Part shown: one piece after another, positions 42,001 to 57,000 of the stretch
How the letters are laid out: each line of letters starts with the position of its first letter
Numbering within the stretch: the stretch's first letter is position 1
Source of the DNA: Hypanus sabinus
Taxonomy: Eukaryota
Direction: 5' to 3'
Assembly (NCBI RefSeq): GCF_030144855.1
Contig: NW_026781003.1
Span: 496,001-560,000 of the forward strand
Length of the DNA stretch: 64,000 bases
The notes under the pieces: generated by a model
Told to the model about the DNA's origin: nothing
Seen by the model: the letters and a program-made list of their open reading frames with translations, nothing else
Databases searched by the model: none
Made by a program: the position numbers and the translations under genes

Positions 42001-45000
42001 CCCGGGAGTGGGTTACAGACTGGGATCTTATCCAGGGGTTCTGGGGGGTTTATATACAGAATAACAGATCCCCAGGAGTGGCTTACAGACTGGGATCTAA
42101 TCTAGGGGTTCGAGGGGTTTATATATAGAATAACAGATCCCCGGGAGTGGGTTACAGACTGGGATCTAATCTAGGGGTTCGAGGGGTTTATATACAGAAT
42201 AACAGATCCCGGGAGTGGGTTACAGACTAGGATCTAATCCAGGGGTTCGGGGGGGTTTATATACAGAATAACAGATCCCCGGGAGTGGGTTACAGACAGG
42301 GATCTAATCTAGCGGTTCGGGGGGTTTATATACAGAATAACAGATCCCGGGAGTGGGTTACAGACTGGGATCTAATCCAGGGGTTCGGGGGGGTTTATAT
42401 ACAGAATAACAGATCCCCAGGAGTGGGTTACAGACTGGGATCTAATCTAGGGGTTCGGGGGGGTTATATACAGAATAACAGATCCCCAGGAGTGGGTTAC
42501 AGACTGGGATCTAATCTAGGGGGTCGGGGGGTTTATATACAGAATAACAGATCCCCAGGCGGGGGTTACAGACTGGGATCTAATCCAGCGGTTCGGGGGG
42601 TTTATATATAGAATAACAGATTCCCGGGAGTGGGTTACAGACTGGGATCTAATCCAGGGGTTCGCGGGGTTTATATAAAGAATAACAGATCCCCGGGAGT
42701 GGGTTACAGACTGGGATCTAATCCAGGGGTTCTGAGGGTTTATATATAGAATAACAGATCCCTGGGAGTGGGTACAGACTGGGATCTAATCCAGGGGTTC
42801 GGGGGGGTTTATATAGAGAATAACAGATCCCCAGGAGTGGGTTACAGACTGGGATCTAATCTAGGGGTTCGGGGGGTTACATATAGAATAACAGATCCCC
42901 GGGAGTGGGTTACAGACTGGGATCTAATCTAGGGGTTCGGAGGGTTTATATATAGAATAATAGATTCCCGGGAGTGGATTACAGACTGGGATCAAATCCA
43001 GGGGTTCGGGGGGTTCATATATAGTATAACAGATCCCCGGGAGAGGGTTACAGACTGAGATCTAATCCAGGGGTTCGGTGGGGGGGGGGTTATATATAGA
43101 ATAACAGATCCCCGGGGGTGGGTTACAGACTGGGATCCAATCCAGGGGTTCGGGGGTCTATATATAGAATAACAGATCCCCGGGAGTGGGTTACAGACTG
43201 GGATCTAATCCAGGGTTTCGGAGGATTTATATATAGAATAACAGATCCCCTGGAGTGGGTTACAGACTGGGATCTAATCCAGGGGTTCGGTGGGTTTATA
43301 TATACAACACCAGATCCCCGGGAGTGGGTTACAGACTGGGATCTATTCCAGGGGTTCGGTGGGTTTATATATAGAATAACACATCCCCGGGAGTGGGTTA
43401 CAGACTGGGATCTAATCCAGGGGTTCGGGGGGTTTATATACAGAATAACAGATCCCCGGGAGTGGGTTACAGACTGGGATCTAATCTAGGGGTTCGGGGG
43501 GTTTATATACAGAATAACAGTACCCCGGGAGTGGGTTACAGACTGGGATCTAATCCAGGGGTTCGGGGGGTTTATATACAGAATAACAGTACCCCGGGAG
43601 TGGGTTACAGACTGGGATCTAATCCAGGGGTACGGAGTGTTTATATATAGAATAACAGATCCCCGGGAGTGGGTTACAGACTGGGATCTAATCCAGCGGT
43701 TCGGGGGTTTATATACAGAATAACAGATCCCCGGGAGTGCGTTACAGACTGGTATCTAATCCAGGGGTTCGGGGGGTTTATATATAGAATACCAGATCCC
43801 TGGGAGTGGGTTCCAGACTGGGATCTAATCCAGGGGTTCGGGGGTTTATATATAGAATAACAGATCCCCAGGAGTGGGTTACAGACTGGGATCTAATCCA
43901 GGGTTTCAGGGAGTTTATTTACAGAATACCAGATCCCCGGGAGTGGGTATAGACTGGGATCTAATCCAGGGGTTCAGGGGTTTTTTATACAGAATAACAG
44001 ATCCCCGGGAGTGGGTTACAGACTGGGATCTAATGCAGGGGTTCGGTGGGATTATATATAGAATAACAGATCCCCGGGAGTGGGTTACAGACTGGGATCT
44101 AATCCAGGGGTGCGGGGGGGGGGGTTTATATACAGAATAAAAGATCCCTGGGAGTGGGTACAGACTGGGATCCAATCCAGGGGCTCGGTGGGTTTATATA
44201 TAGAATAACAGATCCCTGGGAGTGCGTTACAGACTGGTATCTAATCCAGGGGTTCGGGGGGTTTATATATAGAATACCAGATCCCTGGGAGTGGGTTCCA
44301 GACTGGGATCTAATCCAGGGGTTCGGGGGTTTATATATAGAATAACAGATCCCCAGGAGTGGGTTACAGACTGGGATCTAATCCAGGGTTTCAGGGAGTT
44401 TATTTACAGAATACCAGATCCCCGGGAGTGGGTTACAGACTGGGATCTATTCCAGGGGTTCGCAGGGTTTATATATAGAATAACAGATCCCCGGGAGTGG
44501 GTTACAGACTGGGATCTAATCCAGGGGTTCGGGGGGTTCATATATAGTATAACAGATCCCCGGGAGTGGGTTACAGCCTGAGATCTAATCCAGGGGTTCG
44601 GTGGAGGGGGGTTATATATAGAATAACAGATCCCCGGGGGTGGGTTACAGACTGGGATCCAATCCAGGGGTTCGGTGGTTTATATATAGAATAACAGATC
44701 CCCGGGAGTGGGTTACAGACTGGGATCTAATCCAGGGTTTCGGAGGGTTTATAAAGAGAATAACAGATCCCCTGGAGTGGGTTACAGACTGGGATCTAAT
44801 CCAGGGGTTCGGTGGGTTTATATATACAACACCAGATCCCCGGTAGTGGGTTACAGACTGGGATCTAATCCAGGGGTTCGGTGGGTTTATATATAGAATA
44901 ACAGATCCCCGGGAGTGGGTTACAGACTGGGATCTAATCCAGGGGTTCGGGGGGTTTATATACAGAATAACAGATCCCCGGGAGTGGGTTACAGACTGGG

Positions 45001-48000
45001 ATCTAATCTAGGGGTTCGGGGGGTTTATATACAGAATAACAGTACCCCGGGAGTGGGTTACAGACTGGGATCTAATCCAGGGGTTCGGGGGGTTTATATA
45101 CAGAATAACAGTACCCCGGGAGTGGGTTACAGACTGGGATCTAATCCAGGGGTTCAGGGGTTTATATACAGAATAACAGATCCCCGGGAGTGGGTTACAG
45201 ACTGGGATCTAATCCTGCGGTTCGGGGGTTTATATACAGAATAACAGATCCCCGGGAGTGCGTTACAGACTGGGATATAATCCAGGGGTTCGGGGGGTTT
45301 ATATATAGAATACCAGATCCCTGGGAGTGGGTTACAGACTGGGATCTAATCCAGTGGTTAGGGGAGTTTATTTACAGAATACCAGATCCCCGGGAGTGGG
45401 TATAGACTGGGATCTAATCCAGGGGTTCAGGGGTTTTTTATACAGAATAACAGATCCCCGGGAGTGGGTTACAGACTGGGATCTAATCCAGGGGTTTTGG
45501 TGGGTTTATATATAGAATAACAGATCCCCGGGAGTGGGTTACAGACTGGGATCTAATCCAGGGGTTCGGGGGGGTTTATAAATAGAATAACATATCCCCG
45601 GGAGTGGGTTACAGACTGGGATCTAATCCGGGGTTTCGGGGGGGTTTATATACAGAACAACAGATCCCCGGAAGCGGGTTACAGACTGGGATCTAATCCA
45701 GGGGTTCGGAGGGTTTATATACAGAATAACAGATCCCCGGGAGTGCGTTACAGACTGGGATCTAATCCAGGGGTTCGGGGGGTTTATATATAGAATACCA
45801 GATCCCTGGGAGTGGGTTACAGACTGGGATCTAATCCAGGGGTGCGGGGGGGGGGTTATATATAGAATAACAGATCCCTGGGAGTGGGTACAGACTGGGA
45901 TCTAATCCAGGGGTTTGGTGGGTTTATATATAGAATAACAGATCCCCGGGAGTGGGTTACAGACTGGAAACTTATCCAGGGGTTCTGGGGGGTTTATATA
46001 CAGAATAACAGATCCCCAGGAGTGGCTTACAGACTGGGATCTAATCTAGGGGTTCGAGGGGTTTATATATAGAATAACAGATCCCCGGGAGTGGGTTACA
46101 GACTGGGATCTAATCTAGGGGTTCGAGGGGTTTATATACAGAATAACAGATCCCGGGAGTGGGTTACAGACTGGGATCTAATCCAGGGGTTCGGGGGGGT
46201 TTATATACAGAATAAAAGATCCCCGGGAGTGGGTTACAGACAGGGATCTAATCTAGCGGTTCGGGGGGTTTATATACAGAATAACAGATCCCGGGAGTGG
46301 GTTACAGACTGGGATCTAATCCAGGGGTTCGGGGGGGTTTATATACAGAATAACAGATCCCCAGGAGTGGGTTACAGACTGGGATCTAATCTAGGGGTTC
46401 GGGGGGGTTATATACAGAATAACAGATCCCCAGGAGTGGGTTACAGACTGGGATCTAATCTAGGGGGTCGGGGGGTTTATATACAGAATAACAGATCCCC
46501 AGGCGGGGGTTACAGACTGGGATCTAATCCAGCGGTTCGGGGGGTTTATATATAGAATAACAGATTCCCGGGAGTGGGTTACAGACTGGGATCTAATCCA
46601 GGGGTTCGCGGGGTTTATATAAAGCATAACAGATCCCCGGGAGTGGGTTACAGACTGGGATCTAATCCAGGGGTTCTGAGGGTTTATATATAGAATAACA
46701 GATCCCTGGGAGTGGGTACAGACTGGGATCTAATCCAGGGGTTCGGGGGGGTTTATATACAGAATAACAGATCCCCAGGAGTGGGTTACAGACTGGGATC
46801 TAATCTAGGGGTTCGGGGGGTTACATATAGAATAACAGATCCCCGGGAGTGGGTTACAGACTGGGATCTAATCTAGGGGTTCGGAGGGTTTATATATAGA
46901 ATAATAGATTCCCGGGAGTGGATTACAGACTGGGATCAAATCCAGGGGTTCGGGGGGTTCATATATAGTATAACAGATCCCCGGGAGAGGGTTACAGACT
47001 GAGATCTAATCCAGGGGTTCGGTGGGGGGGGGGTTATATATAGAATAACAGATCCCCAGGGGTGGGTTACAGACTGGGATCCAATCCAGGGGTTCGGGGG
47101 TCTATATATAGAATAACAGATCCCAGGGAGTGGGTTACAGACTGGGATCTAATCCAGGGTTTCGGAGGATTTATATATAGAATAACAGATCCCCTGGAGT
47201 GGGTTACAGACTGGGATCTAATCCAGGGGTTCGGGGGGTTTATATACAGAATAACAGTACCCCGGGAGTGGGTTACAGACTGGGATCTAATCCAGGGGTA
47301 CGGAGTGTTTATATATAGAATAACAGATCCCCGGGAGTGGGTTACAGACTGGGATCTAATCCAGCGGTTCGGGGGTTTATATACAGAATAACAGATCCCC
47401 GGGAGTGCGTTACAGACTGGTATCTAATCCAGGGGTTCGGGGGGTTTATATATAGAATACCAGATCCCTGGGAGTGGGTTCCAGACTGGGATCTAATCCA
47501 GGGGTTCGGGGGTTTATATATAGAATAACAGATCCCCAGGAGTGGGTTACAGACTGGGATCTAATCCAGGGTTTCAGGGAGTTTATTTACAGAATACCAG
47601 ATCCCCGGGAGTGGGTATAGACTGGGATCTAATCCAGGGGTTCAGGGGTTTTTTATACAGAATAACAGATCCCCGGGAGTGGGTTACAGACTGGGATCTA
47701 ATCCAGGGGTTCGGTGGGATTATATATAGAATAACAGATCCCCGGGAGTGGGTTACAGACTGGGATCTAATCCAGGGGTGCGGGGGGGGGGGTTTATATA
47801 CAGAATAAAAGATCCCTGGGAGTGGGTACAGACTGGGATCCAATCCAGGGGCTCGGTGGGTTTATATATAGAATAACAGATCCCCGGGAGTGGGTACAGA
47901 CTGGGATCTAATCCAGGGGTTTGGTGGGTTTATATATAGAATAACAGATCCCCGGGAGTGGGTTACAGACTGGAAACTTATCCAGGGGTTCTGGGGGGTT

Positions 48001-51000
48001 TATATACAGAATAACAGATCCCCAGGAGTGGCTTACAGACTGGGATCTAATCTAGGGGTTCGAGGGGTTTATATATAGAATAACAGATCCCCGGGAGTAG
48101 GTTACAGACTGGGATCTAATCTAGGGGTTCGAGGGGTTTATATACAGAATAACAGATCCCGGGAGTGGGTTACAGACTGGGATCTAATCCAGGGGTTCGG
48201 GGGGGTTTATATACAGAATAACAGATCCCCGGGAGTGGGTTACAGACAGGGATCTAATCTAGCGGTTCGGGGGGTTTATATACAGAATAACAGATCCCGG
48301 GAGTGGGTTACAGACTGGGATCTAATCCAGGGGTTCGGGGGGGGTTTATATACAGAATAACAGATCCCCAGGAGTGGGTTACAGACTGGGATCTAATCTA
48401 GGGGTTCGGGGGGGTTATATACAGAATAACAGATCCCCAGGAGTGGGTTACAGACTGGGATCTAATCTAGGGGGTCGGGGGGTTTATATACAGAATAACA
48501 GATCCCCAGGCGGGGGTTACAGACTGGGATCTAATCCAGCGGTTCGGGGGGTTTATATATAGAATAACAGATTCCCGGGAGTGGGTTACAGACTGGGATC
48601 TAATCCAGGGGTTCGCGGGGTTTATATAAAGAATAACAGATCCCTGGGAGTGGGTACAGACTGGGATCTAATCCAGGGGTTCGGGGGGGTTTATATACAG
48701 AATAACAGATCCCCAGGAGTGGGTTACAGACTGGGATCTAATCTAGGGGTTCGGGGGGTTACATATAGAATAACAGATCCCCGGGAGTGGGTTACAGACT
48801 GGGATCTAATCTAGGGGTTCGGAGGGTTTATATATAGAATAATAGATTCCCGGGAGTGGATTACAGACTGGGATCAAATCCAGGGGTTCGGGGGGTTCAT
48901 ATATAGTATAACAGATCCCCGGGAGAGGGTTACAGACTGAGATCTAATCCAGGGGTTCGGTGGGGGGGGGGGTTATATATAGAATAACAGATCCCCGGGG
49001 GTGGGTTACAGACTGGGATCCAATCCAGGGGTTCGGGGGTCTATATATAGAATAACAGATCCCCGGGAGTGGGTTACAGACTGGGATCTAATCCAGGGTT
49101 TCGGAGGATTTATATATAGAATAACAGATCCCCTGGAGTGGGTTACAAACTGGGATCTAATCCAGGGGTTCGGTGGGTTTATATATACAACACCAGATCC
49201 CCGGGAGTGGGTTACAGACTGGGATCTATTCCAGGGGTTCGGTGGGTTTATATATAGAATAACAGATCCCCGGGAGTGGGTTACAGACTGGGATCTAATC
49301 CAGGGGTTCGGGGGGTTTATATACAGAATAACAGATCCCCGGGAGTGGGTTACAGACTGGGATCTAATCTAGGGGTTCGGGGGGTTTATATACAGAATAA
49401 CAGTACCCCGGGAGTGGGTTACAGACAGGGATCTAATCCAGGGGTTCGGGGGGTTTATATACAGAATAACAGTACCCCGGGAGTGGGTTACAGACTGGGA
49501 TCTAATCCAGGGGTACGGAGTGTTTATATATAGAATAACAGATCCCCGGGAGTGGGTTACAGACTGGGATCTAATCCAGCGGTTCGGGGGTTTATATACA
49601 GAATAACAGATCCCCGGGAGTGCGTTACAGACTGGTATCTAATCCAGGGGTTCGGGGGGTTTATATATAGAATACCAGATCCCTGGGAGTGGGTTCCAGA
49701 CTGGGATCTAATCCAGGGGTTCGGGGGTTTATATATAGAATAACAGATCCCCAGGAGTGGGTTACAGACTGGGATCTAATCTAGGGGTTCGGGGGGTTTA
49801 TATACAGAATAACAGTACCCCGGGAGTGGGTTACAGACTGGGATCTAATCCAGGGGTTCGGGGGGTTTATATACAGAATAACAGTACCCCGGGAGTGGGT
49901 TACAGACTGGGATCTAATCCAGGGGTACGGAGTGTTTATATATAGAATAACAGATCCCCGGGAGTGGGTTACAGACTGGGATCTAATCCAGCGGTTCGGG
50001 GGTTTATATACAGAATAACAGATCCCCGGGAGTGCGTTACAGACTGGTATCTAATCCAGGGGTTCGGGGGGTTTATATATAGAATACCAGATCCCTGGGA
50101 GTGGGTTCCAGACTGGGATCTAATCCAGGGGTTCGGGGGTTTATATATAGAATAACAGATCCCCAGGAGTGGGTTACAGACTGGGATCTAATCCAGGGTT
50201 TCAGGGAGTTTATTTACAGAATACCAGATCCCCGGGAGTGGGTATAGACTGGGATCTAATCCAGGGGTTCAGGGGTTTTTTATACAGAATAAAAGATCCC
50301 CGGGAGTGGGTTACAGACTGGGATCTAATCCAGGGGTTCGGTGGGATTATATATAGAATAACAGATCCCCGGGAGTGGGTTACAGACTGGGATCTAATCC
50401 AGGGGTGCGGGGGGGGGGGGTTTATATACAGAATAAAAGATCCCTGGGAGTGGGTACAGACTGGGATCCAATCCAGGGGCTCGGTGGGTTTATATATAGA
50501 ATAACAGATCCCCGGGAGTGGGTACAGACTGGGATCTAATCCAGGGGTTTGGTGGATTTATATATAGAATAACAGATCCCCGGGAGTGGGTTACAGACTG
50601 GAAACTTATCCAGGGGTTCGAGGGGTTTATATACAGAATAACAGATCCCCAGGAGTGGCTTACAGACTGGGATCTAATCCAGGGGTTCGGGGGGGTTTAT
50701 ATACAGAATAACAGATCCCCGGGAGTGGGTTACAGACAGGGATCTAATCTAGCGGTTCGGGGGGTTTATATACAGAATAACAGATCCCGGGAGTGGGTTA
50801 CAGACTGGTATCTAATCCAGGGGTTCGGGGGGGTTTATATACAGAATAACAGATCCCCAGGAGTGGGTTACAGACTGGGATCTAATCTAGGGGTTCGGGG
50901 GGGTTATATACAGAATAACAGATCCCCAGGAGTGGGTTACAGACTGGGATCTAATCTAGGGGGTCGGGGGGTTTATATACAGAATAACAGATCCCCAGGC

Positions 51001-54000
51001 GGGGGTTACAGACTGGGATCTAATCCAGGGGTTCGGTGGGATTATATATAGAATAACAGATCCCCGGGAGTGGGTTACAGACTGGGATCTAATCCAGGGG
51101 TGCGGGGGGGGGGGGTTTATATACAGAATAAAAGATCCCTGGGAGTGGGTACAGACTGGGATCCAATCCAGGGGCTCGGTGGGTTTATATATAGAATAAC
51201 AGATCCCCGGGAGTGGGTACAGACTGGGATCTAATCCAGGGGTTTGGTGGATTTATATATAGAATAACAGATCCCCGGGAGTGGGTTACAGACTGGGATC
51301 TTATCCAGGGTTCTGGGGGGTTTATATACAGAATAACAGATCCCCAGGAGTGGCTTACAGACAGGGATCTAATCTAGGGGTTCGAGGGGTTTATATATAG
51401 AATAACAGATCCCGGGAGTGGGTTACAGTCTGGGATCTAATCCAGGGGTTCGGGGGGGTTTATATACAGAATAACAGATCCCCAGGAGTGGGTTACAGAC
51501 TGGGATCTAATCTAGGGGTTCGGGGGGGGGTTATATACAGAATAACAGATCCCCAGGAGTGGGTTACAGACTGGGATCTAATCTAGGGGTTCGGGGGGTT
51601 TATATACAGAATAACAGATCCCCAGGAGTGGGTTACAGACTGGGATCCAATCCAGGGGTTCGGGGGTCTATATATAGAATAACAGATCCCCGGGAGTGAG
51701 TTACAGACTGGGATCTAATCCAGGGTTTCGGAGGGTTTATATATAGAATAACAGATCCCCTGGAGTGGGTTACAGACTGGGATCTAATCCAGGGGTTCGG
51801 TGGGTTTATATATACAACACCAGATCCCCGGGAGTGGGTTACAGACTGGGATCTATTCCAGGGGTTCGGTGGGTTTATATATAGAATAACAGATCCCCGG
51901 GAGTGGGTTACAGACTGGGATCTAATCCAGGGGTTCGGGGGGTTTATATACAGAATAACAGATCCCCGGGAGTGGGTTACAGACTGGGATCTAATCTAGG
52001 GGTTCGGGGGGTTTATATACAGAATAACAGTACCCCGGGAGTGGGTTACAGACTGGGATCTAATCCAGGGGTTCGGGGGGTTTATATACAGAATAACAGT
52101 ACCCCGGGAGTGGGTTACAGACTGGGATCTAATCCAGGGTTACGGAGTGTTTATATATAGAATAACAGATCCCCGGGAGTGGGTTACAGACTGGGATCTA
52201 ATCCAGCGGTTCGGGGGTTTATATACAGAATAACAGATCCCCGGGAGTGCGTTACAGACTGGTATCTAATCCAGGGGTTCGGGGGGTTTATATATAGAAT
52301 ACCAGATCCCTGGGAGTGGGTTCCAGACTGGGATCTAATCCAGGGGTTCGGGGGTTTATATATAGAATGACAGATCCCCAGGAGTGGGTTACAGACTGGG
52401 ATCTAATCCAGGGTTTCAGGGAGTTTATTTACAGAATACCAGATCCCCGGGAGTGGGTATAGACTGGGATCTAATCCAGGGGTTCAGGGGTTTTTTATAC
52501 AGAATAACAGATCCCCGGGAGTGGGTTACAGACTGGGATCTAATCCAGGGGTTCGGTGGGATTATATATAGAATAACAGATCCCCGGGAGTGGGTTACAG
52601 ACTGGGATCTAATCTAGGGGTTCGAGGGGTTTATATACAGAATAACAGATCCCGGGAGTGGGTTACAGACTGGGATCTAATCCAGGGGTTTGGTGGGTTT
52701 AAATAGAGAATAACAGATCCCCAGGAGTGGGTACAGACTGGGATCTAATCCAGGGGTTTGGTGGGTTTATATATAGAATAACAGATCCCCGGGAGTGGGT
52801 TACAGACTGGGATCTAGTCCAGGGGTTCGGGGGGGGGGTATATACAGAATAACAGATCCCCAGGAGTGGGTTACAGACTGGGATCTAATCTAAGGGTTTG
52901 GGGGGTTTATATATAGAATAACAGATCCCGGGAGTGGGTTACAGACTGGGATCTAATCCAGGGGTTCGGGGGGTTTATATACAGAATAACAGATCCCGGG
53001 AGTGGGTTACAGACTGGGATCTAATCCAGGGGTTTCGGGGGGTTATATATAGAATAACAGATCCCCGGGAGTGGGTTACAGAGTGGGATCTAATCCAGGG
53101 GTTCGGGGGAGTTTATATACAGAATAACAGATCCCCAGGAGTGGGTTACAGACTGGGATCTAATCTAGGGGTTCGGGGGGGTTATATACAGAATAACAGA
53201 TCCCTAGGAGTGGGTTACAGACTGGGATCTAATCCAGGGGTGCGGGGGGGGGGTTATATATAGAATAACAGATCCCTGGGAGTGGGTACAGACTGGGATC
53301 TAATCTAGGGGTTCGGTGGGTTTATATACAGAATATCAGATCCCCGGGAGTGGATTACAGACTGGGATTTAATCCAGGGGTGCGGGGGGGGGGTTATATA
53401 TAGAATAACAGATCCCTGGGAGTGGGTACAGACTGGGATCTAATCCAGGGGCTCGGTGTGTTTATATATAGAAAACCAGATCCCCGGGAGTGGGTTACAG
53501 ACTGGGATCTAATCCAGGGGTTCAGGCGGTAGGGGTTTATATACAGAATAACAGATTCCCGGGAGTGGGGTACAGACTGGGATCTAATCCAGGGGTTCGG
53601 AGGGTTTACATATAGGGAGTGGGTTACAGACTGGGATCTAAACCATGGGTTCGGGGGGATTATATATAGACTAACAGATCCCCAGGAGTGGGTTACAGAC
53701 TGGGATCTGATCCAGGGGTTCGGGGGGTTTATATATAGAATAACAGATCCCCGGGAGTGGGTTACAGACTGGGATCTAATCCAGGGGTTCGGGGAGTTTA
53801 TATATAGAATACCAGATCCCCGGGAGTGGGTTACAGACTGGGATCTAATCCAGGGGTTCGGGGGGTTATATATAGAATAACAGATCCCCGGGAGTGGGGA
53901 CAGACTGGGATCTAATCCAGGGGTTCGGGGGTTTATATACAGAATAACAGATCCCCGGGAGTGGGTTACAGACTGGGATTTAATCCAGGGGTTCAGGGAC

Positions 54001-57000
54001 GTATATATACAGAATAACAGATCCCCAGGAGTGGGTTACATGCTGGGATCTAGTCCAGGGGTTCTGGGGATGTGGTGTTTATATATAGAATAACAGATCC
54101 CCGGGAGTGGGTTACAGACCGGGATCTAATCCAGGGGTTCGGGGGGTTTATATACAGAATAACAGATCCCGGGAGTGGGTTACAGACTGGGATCTAATCC
54201 AGGGGTTCGGGGGGGGTTATATATAGAATAACAGATCCCCGGGAGTGGGTTACAGACTGGGATCTAATCCAGGGGTTCGGGGGGGTTTATATATAGAATG
54301 ACAGATCCCTGGGAATGTGTACAGACTGGGATCTAATCCAGGGGCTCGGTGGTTTTATATATAGAATAACAGATCCCCGGGAGTGGGTACAGACTGGGAT
54401 CTAATCCAGGGGTTTGGTGGGTTTAAATAGAGAATAACAGATCCCCAGGAGTGGCTTACAGACTGGGATCTAATCTAGGGGTTCGAGGGGTTTATATATA
54501 GAATAACAGATCCCCGGGAGTGGGTTACAGACTGGGATCTAATCTAGGGGTTCGGGGGCTTTATATACAGAATAACAGATCCCGGGAGTGGGTTACAGAC
54601 TGGGATCTAATCCAGGGGTTCGGGGGGGTTATATACAGAATAACAAATCCACAGGAGTGGGTTACAGACTGGGATCTAATCTAGGGGTTCGGGGGGTTTA
54701 TATACAGAATAACAGATCCCCAGGAGTGGGTTACAGACTGGGATGTAATCCAGCGGTTCGGGGGGTTTATATATAGAATAACAGATTCCCGGGAGTGGGT
54801 TACAGACTGGGATCTAATCCAGGGGTTCTGAGGGTTTATATATAGAATAACAGATCCCTGGGAGTGGGTACAGACTGGGATCTAATCCAGGGGTTCGGGG
54901 GGTGTTTATATACAGAATAACAGGTCCCCGGGAGCAGCTTACAGACTGGGATCTAATCCAGGAGTCCGGGGGGGTTATATATAGAATAGCAGATCCCTGG
55001 GAGTGGGTTACAGACTGGGATCTAATCCAGGGGTTCGAAGGGTTTATATATAGAATGACAGATCCCCGGGAGCAGCTTACAGACTGGGATCTAATCCAGG
55101 GGTTCGGGGGGGTTTATATATAGAATAGCAGATCCCTGGGAGTGGGTTTCAGACTGGGATCTAATCCAGGGGTTCGGGGGGGGGGTTTATATATAGAATA
55201 GCAGATCCCCGGTAGTGGGTTACAGACTGGGATCTAATCTAGGGGTTCGGGGGGTTTATATACAGAATAACAGATCCCCAGGAGTGGGTTACAGACTGGG
55301 ATGTAATCCAGCGGTTCGGGGGGTTTATATATAGAATAACAGATTCCCGGGAGTGGGTTACAGACTGGGATCTAATCCAGGGGTTCTGAGGGTTTATATA
55401 TAGAATAACAGATCCCTGGGAGTGGGTACAGACTGGGATCTAATCCAGGGGTTCGGGGGGTGTTTATATACAGAATAACAGATCCCCAGGAGTGGGTTAC
55501 AGACTGGGATCTAATCTAGGTGTTCGGGGGGTTTACATATAGAATAACAGATCCCCGGGAGTGGGTTACAGACTGGGATCTAATCTAGGGGTTCGAGGGG
55601 TTTATATACAGAATAACAGATCCCGGGAGTGGGTTACAGACTGGGATCTAATCCAGGGGTTCGGGGGGGTTTATATACAGAATAACAGATCCCCGGGAGT
55701 GGGTTACAGACTGAGATCAAATCCAGGGGTTCGGGGGGGGGGTTATATATAGAATAAAAGATCCCCGGGAGTGGGTTACAGACTGGGATCGAATCCAGGG
55801 GTTCAGGGGGATTATATATAGAATAACAGATCCCTGGGAGTGGGTCCAGACTGGGATCTAATCCAGGGGTTCGGTGGGGTTTATATACAGAATAACAGAT
55901 CCCCAGGAGTGGGTTACAGACTGAGATCTAATCCAGGGGTTCACGGGTTTATATATAGAATGACAGATCCCCGGGAGCAGCTTACAGACTGGGATCTAAT
56001 CCAGGGGTCCGGGGGGGTTATATATAGAATAGCAGATCCCTGGGAGTGGGTTACAGACTGGGATCTAATCCAGGGGTTCGAAGGGTTTATATATAGAATG
56101 ACAGATCCCCGGGAGCAGCTTACAGACTGGGATCTAATCCAGGGGTTCGGGGGGGTTTATATATAGAATTGCAGATCCCTGGGAGTGGGTTTCAGACTGG
56201 GATCTAATCCAGGGGTTCGGGGGGGGGGGTTTATGTATAGAATAGCAGATCCCCGGGAGTGGGTTACAGACTGGGATCTTATCCAGGGTTCTGGGGGGTT
56301 TATATACAGAATAACAGATCCCCAGGAGTGGCTTACAGACAGGGATCTAATCTAGGGGTTCGAGGGGTTTATATATAGAATAACAGATCCCGGGAGTGGG
56401 TTACAGTCTGGGATCTAATCCAGGGGTTCGGGGGGGTTTATATACAGAATAACAGATCCCCAGGAGTGGGTTACAGACTGGGATCTAATCTAGGGGTTCG
56501 GGGGGGGTTATATACAGAATAACAGATCCCCAGGAGTGGGTTACAGACTGGGATCTAATCTAGGGGTTCGGGGGGTTTATATACAGAATAACAGATCCCC
56601 AGGAGTGGGTTACAGACTGGGATCCAATCCAGGGGTTCGGGGGTCTATATATAGAATAACAGATCCCCGGGAGTGAGTTACAGACTGGGATCTAATCCAG
56701 GGTTTCGGAGGGTTTATATATAGAATAACAGATCCCCTGGAGTGGGTTACAGACTGGGATCTAATCCAGGGGTTCGGTGGGTTTATATATACAACACCAG
56801 ATCCCCGGGAGTGGGTTACAGACTGGGATCTATTCCAGGGGTTCGGTGGGTTTATATATAGAATAACAGATCCCCGGGAGTGGGTTACAGACTGGGATCT
56901 AATCCAGGGGTTCGGGGGGTTTATATACAGAATAACAGATCCCCGGGAGTGGGTTACAGACTGGGATCTAATCTAGGGGTTCGGGGGGTTTATATACAGA